Source: a virus (lineage: Duplodnaviria; Caudoviricetes). From it: a stretch of 64,000 nt of DNA. Shown here in pieces: positions 19,501 through 31,500 of this stretch. Numbering within the stretch: position 1 is the stretch's first letter; each line of letters starts with the position of its first letter. The translations under genes were made by a program, and so were the position numbers. The notes under the pieces were generated by a model. It worked only from the letters and a program-made list of their open reading frames with translations, did not search any database and was not told the origin of the DNA. The stretch lies in the IMG/VR virus record IMGVR_UViG_3300009164_004014, positions 824-64,823 of that record, one strand, 5' to 3'.

Positions 19501-22500
19501 TGGAATTGTTTTTAATAATGTTACATTGTTCAATGATGTAATTTATAATTTAATTACTGGCTTACGTCAAAATAGAATTTATGTACGTGGAACTAAAACT
19601 GCTGATTGGAACGGTACGGTAGATGCATATGGATTTATTTTAAATCAAGATAATATTAAAGCCTGGGATAAAAATATAAAGTATACTACAGGTTCAGTTA
19701 TAAAATATAAAAATAAATATTGGATAGCAATAACTATAGTTCAACCTAAAGAAATTTTTGACGAACGTGAGTGGAAACAAACTTCTTATAATGAAATACA
19801 AAAAGGATTGTTACCTAATAGCCAAACACGTTCATATGAAAGCACATTGTATTATGATACAAACAATGCTAATCTAGAAAAAGATGGTGATTTATTAAGT
19901 TTTTCATTAATTGGTTATCGTCCTAGAGACTACATGACTAGTGCTGATTTAACAGATGTTACACAAGTTAATGTTTATCAAAATTTAATTAAAGAAAAAG
20001 GTACAAAAAATGCAGCCAGTGCTTTTAGAGGAGCCACACTAGCACAAGGTGGAATTAACTATGACCTGTATGAAAATTGGGCAATAAAATCCGGAGAGTT
20101 TGGTGGAGTTTTAAATAGTAACTTTGTTGAAATTCCATTACAAGAAAGTGTATTGACTGGAAATCCTTCTATTGTGGGGTTAACTAATGGGGTATATACC
20201 GACGGAGTTCAACAAGAAGTGCCTTTATACTCTATAACAAATTACGGTAGACCAATAAACAGTCCAAACATACTACCTACTATTGCTCTGGATACTCCTT
20301 CTACTTTATTACCAACTGCCGGTTATGTTAATTTTAACGATGTTAAAATGGCAAGCTATTTTTATTCAGGTTTGGCAAATGCAGTAAATGCATCAGGTAC
20401 CGTAATTCCAATAAATCAATTTTATGTACGTGATTATGTTTGGTTAGCAAATTATCTTTCAACTTGGCAAGTGTTTACTCCTGCTAGTTTGGGATCAATT
20501 GTTAATGCTAAAAATAATTTAAACAACACTGTTACTATAACATTTAGCCAAGCACATAACTTAGTTAAGTATCAAGTCTTTGCAATAGTTAATTTTAATG
20601 CTTCAATTGATAATTATTATAGTATTGCAGCGGTTGTAGATCCATTTAATGTTATTATAAACCTGTCATTAGATCCTGGCATAAGAAATATTACTGGATT
20701 GGGTGTTGGATTTAGAATGCAAACTCAACGTGTTGCAACTGCACCGGAAATTATTAATTTACCATTATTAGATAATGAATTTAATAAATTAAAAGTATGG
20801 GTAGATACAAACAATGACGGCAGCTGGGCAGTTTATCGTAAGAGTATAAACTATCAATATAATAAAGAAATAACAAATTCTCAAACTAGCCAAAGTTTTG
20901 GTAGCGCAGTAGCCTACACATCAACTCTGGGTTATTTAATTGCAGATAGTGGTGTTGGAAGTGTTTATAGATATCGTTACTATAGTGAAATAAATTCTTA
21001 TTCAATAATTCAAACTATTACTAAGGGTTCATCATTTGGTTCAAACATAACATACACTGATGATATTTTTATAATTTCTGAACCCACCGGTGCTAAAAAT
21101 GTTTATGTATACCAATTAATAACTACTGCATTGGTCAATGACCTTGAATTGATTCAAACAATACCCTATACAGATGGTACAGGAGTAACAAACTGGGGTA
21201 GTTCAACTTCATTATCAGGAGATAAAAATTGGCTTTATATATCTGACATTAATAATAATAGTGTCTATGTCTATAGAAAATCTGTTGTTACTAGTTTGTA
21301 CGAAAAAGTAAACGTACTTGACGGTGATATATTAGGATTAACATCTGCTGGCGATAACTTTGGATATTCTATCTCTACTGATTATTATGGAGATACAGTA
21401 GTCATTGGTACACCTAAGCAAGATTACTCTACTCTTGCTAACTATGGATATTCTTATGTTTTCTCTCGTCTAGTACAAAATTTTACTGCTACGAATACCA
21501 GTCAATTATATTCACCTTCAATCTTTAATTTAGCATGGACTATATCTCCGGCTCTATTATCAACAACTGCAAATACTATATCAAGTAATTATATCACATT
21601 GGGTAGCGTAGCCGGTTTAAGTTCTGGTGCTACTGGAACCCCTGTTGTATTTACAGGTTCACCCTATGGTGGATTAGCAGCAAACACAGTTTATTATGTA
21701 AAATCAATAGTAGGTTCTACTATTTCAGTATCTTTAACTAGAAACGGTACTGCATTGACATTAACAAACGGTACAGGCACAATGACCGCAGTTGGTCAAA
21801 CATATCCATTATTTGTTACAGTCAACGGTACTGCTTTAGCAGATAATTATTATAGTATAATAGGATCAACTTTAAATGTTTATAGTTCTCAAGTTCCTAC
21901 ATTAAATGCAGGTGATATACTTAATGTTAGTGGTATGAATTTTGTACTTGTACAAACATTAGATACTGAGCAAACTCCTAAAACCGGTGTGCAATTTGGA
22001 ACAAGTGTTGATACTAATAAATTTGCAAGCGAAATTTTAATTGGTGCACCGTTTGAGTTAGATTCTCAAAATCATGAGGGTGCAGTATATCGTTATACTA
22101 ACGGCGGTGAAAGTTATGGTGTCATAATAGGAACTTCTGTTTGTTCCATTACAACACCAAGAACTATAATGTTAAATGGTTATGCTATTGTGTTGCCAGC
22201 CGGCAACGCAAGTGCAGCAGTACAGGTAATAAATCAAACAAGAGTGACTAATATTACTGCAAGTGAATTTAACGGTAAATTATTAATTCAATTGATAGAT
22301 AATGCACTAGGAACCCCAAATAATAAGTTGTCTCTAACCGCAGTAGAGTCAGCTACATTTGCCGAAATGGGGATAGATATTTATGCTCAAACACAAACTA
22401 TTAATTGCCCGCATTTGACCGGCACAACTCAATTTGGAACAAAAATAAAATTTGATAAATCAGATTCGGGTTCTTTTATTGCAAGTGCTCCAACCGGAAT

Positions 22501-25500
22501 TAGGTTCTCTGCAACTACATTTGACTTTACAGATGATGAATTAGACAATGATACTGTGTTTGATAATAACGCCACTCAGTGGATAGATACTTTTAATAAT
22601 GCCGGTGCAGTTTACATGTTTGATTACTTGGCTGCGTATAATGAAAATCTATCTAATCTTGGTAAATTTGTATATGCACAAAGTACAAATGCATTGAATA
22701 TTGATTATGGCAGTCAACCTCTATATGGAACCGCATTGGATTTCAATGAAAACACAGTTACTGTTGGTGCACAAAACTTTAATCCAACTACTGATAATAT
22801 TGATCTGTTTGGACAAGTAGTAACTTACACAAGTTCAAGTGCTACTCCCGACTGGACGGTATATAGATATTCATCTCCAATTGTTGATGTCAATGGAATA
22901 GGCCCAATTCAATTGTATAGTGCTTCAACAAATGAAACATTAATTAATTTAGATTATTTTGATCCAATGCAAGGTAAATTGTTAGGGGCTGTTCAAGAAA
23001 ATATTGACGTTATATCAAATGCTGATCCAGCTAGATATAACTCAGCTAATAATCAAGGTGGATTAGTTTGGGGAGCAGATAAAGTTGGTCAAATTTGGTT
23101 AGACACTTCAAGTATTAGATTTATGAATTATCATCAAAATGATGATGTTTTATACAATAGCAGATTTTGGGGAAGAGTTTTTCCCGGAAGTAATATTGCG
23201 GTTTATACTTGGATTTCAAGTAATGTTCCCCCGGCACAATATATCGGGCCCGGAACACCATTATTAATAGACACCTACTCTATTCAAGGTACAGTTAACG
23301 CAGAAGGATTAGTAGTTCCAATATACTTTTTCTGGGTCAGAAATACAAATATAGTTTTTGAAACAATAGGAAAAACATTAGCTGATTCTACCTTAGAATT
23401 ATATATTGCTCAACCCCAAGGAACAGGAATTAGTTATCTATCACCTTTCTTACCTAATGTGTTTGGATTATATAACTGTTCAAATTATGTCAATGCTTTT
23501 GATACAAGATTGCATTTAGGATATGCTACTAGCAATACCAACGACGATCCAATGCACAACCAATATAGTTTGATTAGATCAAACTATGCAGATGATTTCT
23601 TGCCCGGGCTACCTAGAAATAGTCAGTCATATTCTGCAAATACGTCTTACATTGATGCGCCAACAAGTTTATATAACAAATTACTAGACAGCATGTGCGG
23701 TGTTGATATTAGCGGAGCAGTAGTACCAAATCCATTATTACCAAAATTGGTGCAGACCGGGGTTATGTCAAGACCAAGACAAGGATTTTTCTATGATAGA
23801 TTTGGTGCATTGAAAAATTATTTACAATATGCCAATACTATATTGGCGCAATTTCCAATAACAGAAAGTAGAAGCGCAGCATTTTTGTCAACATCTGGTG
23901 TGTTTTTCAATACCAAAGATTATTGGAATTATATAAACTGGTGGGAGACCGGCTACAATGACAATACTAAAGCAACCTTGCAAGTTCCCATATATGCAGA
24001 TTTAGCTACTTTGAATGTAGCAACAGGTACAATTGTTTCAGTGTTGTCTAACAGTACTGGTAATACTGAAACATACATATACAATGGTGATACAACTTGG
24101 ACTAGAATTGGACTAGCAAATGGTACTATAGAATTTAGCAGCTACTTATGGGATTACTCAGCGGCTAAGTTAGGCTTTGGTGATAATTTTTACGATACCA
24201 ATGTGTATGATGAATATCCTAGCGAAGAAACAAGATATATTGTTCGTGCTTTAAACGAAGAAATTTATACCAATGAATTATTAATTTTTAGAAATAATAG
24301 TTTGATTTTATTGTTTGATTATATTCAAAGTGAAACTGCTGAAAATCAAAACTACTTACCATGGTTAAATAAAACTTCATTAGTAGACGTATCACACACT
24401 ATACGAGAATTATTGCCACTAGAAGTATTTAGGTCAGATAATCAAATATTTTTAGAAGGTTATATCAACGAAGTTAAACCATATCATGTGGTTATAAAAG
24501 ATTTCTTATTTAAATATACCAAGACTGATGTTTTTGAAGGAGACATCACTGACTTTGATTTACCATCTGAATGGAACTCAACTTACCAACAATTCATATC
24601 TCCTCAATTAGTATATTCTAATCCTGGTGATATAAATCAATATTTACCAAGTGATCCGATTTGGCAAACTGCTCAATACAATCAGTGGTTTAATAATTAT
24701 GGATTGAGTGTTGGTTATCGTACAAATAATACTATTACCGGTGAGCAAGATTATCCTATTACATTGTTAACATCATATGTTTCTTTAAATTCAAGTAATT
24801 TGTTTGTTGAAAATGTTTCGGGGTTCCCTGTAACAGGTACAATATTAATAGGTACAGAATTAATTGGATATGCCGGAGTAAATTTATTAACAAATCAATT
24901 AATTGGATTATCTAGAGGTAGAAACAATACTATTACACAAATACATTTACCGAGTGAACAAATTTATATTGATTTGCCTGCGGTAATAGTACTAAATTCA
25001 GGAAGAAATTACGCAGAACCTCCCCGTGTTACTGCATATATTGATACTAATTTATACCCTGCGCCTAGAGTACCGGCGCAACTTGCTCCAATAATGGCTC
25101 TAGATAAAGTCATAGGAGTGGAAGTAATTAATCCCGGAGAAGGTTACGCTGTTCTTCCAACTATTAACATTGATCCTGCATTTACCATTACTGTAAATAG
25201 CACAGCAGTTGATATTATTAATGATGCAATTGAAGTAACTTCAGCAATCATACAAACAGGAGACATTGCAATATATCAGCCAGCAGCCGGCTCAACTAAA
25301 ATTGGTGGGTTGTATGCAGGACAAAGATACTATATTAGAGTATTAGAAACTACTCCGTCAAAATTAATTGCGTTCTATGAAAGTTATATTAATTTAAATA
25401 ATGATCACGACCGTGTTTTGTTGACTAGTACTGGATCCGGTAATCAATATTTTAGTATAGGTGCGATAGCTTCTTGTATTACAAGTTCTATACCAATACG

Positions 25501-28500
25501 AGAAAATACTATTAAATTAAGATTTGATAGAACATCATATACTTCTCAAGTATATGATTGGGTTCCCGGAAGTTTCTACGGTTCTTTCTATGCTGGATCA
25601 TTTAATGATTCTGCTCGCATTGCATCTTCATCTATATTATTGCCAAATACACAAGAAGATGCATCGGAACCAGTAAAATCAATACTAGCAAGCAATCACG
25701 GTGTAGTATTTGAAATATTAGATGTAGAAAATTTACAAACTTCATCTTGGTCATCACGCACTAGAGATACTGTTCAAACATATGGACCTGCAACATCTTA
25801 TCCAAATGCAATAAGAATTAATCCAAGTGAAGGCGGCTCATCGGTTGACTTACTATTAGGCTCGACTATAGGTTTCTATGTAGGTATGCCAGTTAAATTT
25901 GAGGGAGAAATACAGTCAGGAAGTCCAATAACAAATTACACAACATACTATATAAAATCATTAGTTAAGTTGCCAAATATTACTGTTGGTAGTCCGTATT
26001 ACGGTCAACTAGAAAACACTGGATTTACAATTTCTACTAGTGTAGATGGCGCCGGAGTTCCAGGATCAGTACTAACATTAACGACTGCAACAGTCCCTGC
26101 AGCAGGATTAACTTTATATGTGGGCGAAGTAACTAATAATGCATTATTAACTATCAACTATGATGGCATTAGAACTGCGACTGCTACTACAGCGGGAATA
26201 AATGCTATTACAGTTCCGTTGACACCCACTGGATTAGGTGGAACGATCAATTTTTATTCAGGGCTTACTGTATTCTTTACCGGTGATGTATTTGGACAAG
26301 TGATAGAAAATGAACAGTATTATGTAACTACTGTGATAGACTTAGAACATTTTACAATGTCAGCTACTAATACACCAACCATACTTGATATTACTGCTAC
26401 AAGTTCAGTTGGTTCTAAAGTAACATGTAACAGTACGCTAGATTTATATGTAAATGAACCTATAATATTTACTGGAACAACTTTTGGTAATATAGTTGCT
26501 GGAACAACATATTATATTAGAGAATTATTTTCAGGAAATGCAACATTCTCTATTTCTCAATCAATCAATGGTCCTTTGTTTGTATTGACTACTGCCACTG
26601 GTTCGTGTACTTGCACAAGTCAAGCAGATACTGTTGTATTATCAACAGTATCTGATAAATCAATGACATTGAATGTTGGAATACCAGTAAGTCCAGGACA
26701 AATCAACGGTCAAGAATTAACATTCTATGGTTCAGGTGGTCCATATGTTGGTGTATCAGGAACTGTTTCTAACTTATTAACTAGAGAAATTACTTCAACA
26801 TTAACGTCGGTAAATAGAATTTGTTTATCAGCAGCTAGCGGCGGTATTACTAATATCTATAATAACATGAATTTTAATGTCGCTAGTAATATAGGTGGAT
26901 TAACAACATCAAGTGGTCCATACACTGTTGTAACAAATGGTGTTACTTCAATAACAGTAACTAATACTAGTGGGACAGGAAATTGGTTAACATTGCCTGT
27001 TGCGTCTAACCCCAACACAACTGCTATCTTGTATGTTGGCATGCCAATATACTTCAGTGGAGTATCGTTGGGGGGAGTATCATTGAATACAGTTTACTAT
27101 GTTTATAGTATTGATGGCAGTCCACCAGCTAACACCGGCAGATTTAAAATTGCAGATGCAATTGATAGCGTTTCTCCTGTTACTGTTTCAAACGATAATG
27201 GTGTAATGACTGGTACAGGAGAAACTTATATTACTGTAAGTAATAGTTTATCAACACAGATTGGACCTGTAGCGTTGACACAAGCAGTTGGCACTACTCC
27301 AACATTCAATGTAAGCTATACTTTAGGTGGTTATAGTACAGTTCCTGTAATTACAGGTAGTGGATATGCAGTTAATAATATTATAACTATCCTTGGCACA
27401 GATATTGGTGGAACAACTACGACAAATGATTTATCATACCAAGTATTAACTATAAATTCAACCGGCGGAGTATTGACGGGCATAGTTACAGGAACCCCTG
27501 CAGGCAACGAACAAAAATATTATGCCAAAGTTTATTCTGAAAATCAAATCGAGTTATATTCAAACCCTACATTAACCTCAGCAGTAACTGGACAAAACTT
27601 CCCGTATGTAGGAATAACATTAACAACCGCAACACAATCAGTTGCATCGACTGATAGAATTACTGTAGGAAGTTCTGCTTCATTTAATATCAACGATCCA
27701 GTGGTGTTCACTGGGACAGTGTTTGGAAATATTGTATTGGGTAGTACATATTATATTAATGGCAAACCTACATCTACTACAGTAACAGTAACTGAAACAA
27801 TTGGTGGAAGCACATTCCAACTAGCCGATGCAACAGGATCAATGACTATGGCCAAAACAGGTGATTACACCTTCTTACCAGAACCATTCTTCTTTAGTAG
27901 TAGTATAGTTAAATTTAATAACCAAGTATATCAATGTATTATTAGTAATAATGATCAAGATTTCATTGTAGGTAAATGGGAATTATTAACTTCTGGCAAC
28001 AGTAAATTAAACGCATTGGATAGGGTAATAGGATATTATCAACCTACAGTAAATATGCCGGGTGTAGATTTGACTCAATTGGTAACTGGAATAACATATC
28101 CAAATAGCACATACTTGGGTAATGCATTTGCTCCGGCAGATGAATATCCGTTGGATACTATACTAATTGATCAACCTTTCTATCAAACTGGTATAAATTT
28201 AAAAACAATAATTTGGAATGGCACAGTTTATTTGGCTGGAGCAGATTTAAGTACATATTCTTCAGTTAACATAAGTGCTGACGCCATGACATGGGATATT
28301 GCTAAATTAGCAAATCAACCTATTAGTGTGACAGATTTTATATTTGCTGGTGGAAGATATGTAATTACTAGTAACAATAGCGCAACTCCTATATTAGTAA
28401 GTGATAACGGATACAATTGGATAACTAATGGATTGTATACTCCTTACAGTAGTGTTGGTTGGGACGATACAACATTTGACATATCATCTATTCTTGCCCC

Positions 28501-31500
28501 TTCACTGTCATTAAATAGTGTTGCGTATTATAATGGAATATATGTTGCAGTAGGTAATAATATTATATCTTCTACTGATTTATACACTTGGACTGAAAGA
28601 TATAGTTTCCCTAGCACTCTACCTAACAATGTATTCAACGGGGTAGCCTATGTAAGTACTGCTGGATTTACTGGATTTATTGCAGTTGGTCTAGGTCAAA
28701 CTGTAGGAAATAATAATGCACTTTTAAATGTAAGTATAATATTTACAAGCACTGATGGTTACTCATGGACTCAGATACCGTTCGGTAGTTCAACGTTTGC
28801 ATTTAATGCTATAACATCTAATGGACAGACTATTGTTGCAGTGGGCAATAATGGAATTATTTACACAAGTTTTAATGCTACTACATGGTTCGCACAATCA
28901 TCAGGAACTGTTCAGAATTTAAATAGTATTATTTGGAATAATGTTAGTGGATTGTTTGTTGTAGTAGGAGACAATGGTACTATATTAACAGCTGGGTCCG
29001 ACGGAGGCACATGGACTCCAAGAACATCAGGAGTTAGCTATAGCTTACAAAGCATAGTGTGGAATAACGCAAACACAGAATATGTTGTTGTGGGTTATAA
29101 TAATACAGTGTTGAGAAGTTCAAACGTGAGTACATGGACTGCATCGTCTACCTTTGTTTCGGCACCGTCAGTTTACAGTGTTCAGGGTAGTGAATTTACT
29201 GATGGTTATGGACCAGAAGAAATGATTCCGGGTGTTGTAACAGACACTATCACAATGATAACTAACACACGTCCCGGAACTAACTGGGACGAAACTATAT
29301 ACCAACATGTTGGATACAATGTAGTTTCATTGGAAATATCTCCTACGTCAGGAACACAAAAAACATATAGTTTTGCTGACGCAGTTACTACCCCGGCACA
29401 ACTTGGTATTTTTGTGATTAGTTATATAACTGGATTGAGCACCTCATTATATGAAGGCATTGATTATACAATTAATTGGATAACAAAGACTGTTACATTA
29501 GAAAATTCAATAACATTTGTTCCTAACGGTATTTCAGATAAATTGCGTATTGATGTATATGAAGTAGGCAACGGAGATCAATTAGTAAAAGCTAACACCG
29601 AAACTGATCCAATAAGATATAATACAAATACTACTTTTAGTGAGATTTATCTTAACGCAAACTTTACTGCTGAAATTTATCAAGGATCAGGTCTTGTACG
29701 TCCATCTACACAACCAATCGTAGTTAATGCAATTGAAACTAACTCAGTTTCTAATGCAATAACATGTACAGAGGTAAATGATTTTGTACTTAATAGTCCT
29801 GTCAGATTTAGCGGAGCAGTTTTTGGTAACATAGTAGAAGATCAAATTTATTATGTAAAATCTATAAGTAGTGTATCATCAAGAATTACTATATCAGAGA
29901 CATATAATACTACAACAGGAACTGCTGGATCTACCTTTGAGTTAGCATCCGCTACGGGAAGTATGGGTGTTATTATTCAGACTAGCACTGCACAAGTTTG
30001 GACAGAACCTAGTATATTCCATAACGGGACTGCATTGATTTTAGGAACCTCTGAGAATGTTTTAAAAACAAAATCAATTACTAATACTATTACAACGGTG
30101 ACCACTAGTGGATTGATTCCAAATACTCCTATTGTGTTTAGTAGTACTATTTTTGGTGGCATAACTCCAAAGACAACATATTATATAAAAACTATATACG
30201 ATGCAAATGAATTTACCATTTCAACTACTCCGGGAGGAACTGTATTTCCATTAACTGATGCTACTGGCGGCGCAATATTTATAACAAATGATTATGCTAT
30301 TGGAATGGCTAGCAATGGTATTAACGCCTCAATTATGTTCCCGGTAAATTACGATGCTACTGTTGACTATATAACGTATACATTAATGGGTCAAACAATA
30401 CCTATTCAATATGGCTATACATTGCCGCAGACACAATTTTTCACCGGTAACGGCAGTGCATCTTCATTCAATTTGACAAATTATATGGGAGGAACAAACC
30501 CAAATAATGCTATAGTAGAAGTAAATGGTATTAGACAAAATAAATCAGCCTATACTATTAATTCTTCAACTAACACATTACTTTTTAATAATACTCCACC
30601 GGCAAACGGGGACTTAATATGCGTAACATCATATAATTTAACTGACCGTCAATATTTAAATTCACAGTACAACGTTACTGGTATTAATAGTATAGCTAGT
30701 ATTACTGTAAGCAACACTACAGCAACTGGAATACCTTTTGATTACGGTATACTTGCTGGAAGTTTTGTTGTTGGACAACGCTATACTATACAATCACTCA
30801 ATGATAATGCATATCCAACCCCTGGCGCAAACACAGATTTTACAGCAATTGGTGCATCATCTAATACAGTTGGTGTTACATTTACTGCAACTGGAGCAGG
30901 TACAGGCACAGGGTCTGCTATTATAGCCGGTGATGGATTTGATGCAACTGTCCAATCAGCTGGTTCATTTATACTTGGACAAAGTTACACTATAGTAACA
31001 TTGGGTACTACTACAAATACTCAATGGAATACTATTGCTGGAACCTCAGCGATAACGTATTCAGTTGGTAGCACATTTACTTGCGCTAACATAGGAACTG
31101 GACTTGGTACTGGAACAGCGTATACAGTAGGGTTATACAGTCAGTCGTTGAATTATTTGACATTGGCATCAGGTTCAACTAGCAGCTTAGTACTCAATAG
31201 TGCTATAGTATTTGAAAACGTAATAGGTGGAATAATTGCCGGACAAACTTATTACATAACACAAATATTAAATTCTACTGACTTTGTTATTTCTACTCAA
31301 GTTGGTGGAGTGCCGTACGAAGTTACTACCGCTAGCGGAGCAATGACCAGTGTTGTTAAGGGCCTAACCGTGTCACCTATAGTGGGCGTTGATTCTAACA
31401 TCAGCAATCAACTAAGAATTGGAGTATCCGGTACAGTAGGTGCAACTGATTATGTAATATGTGACTCAACTGCAGGTATGGTTGAAGGTCAAGATATTGT

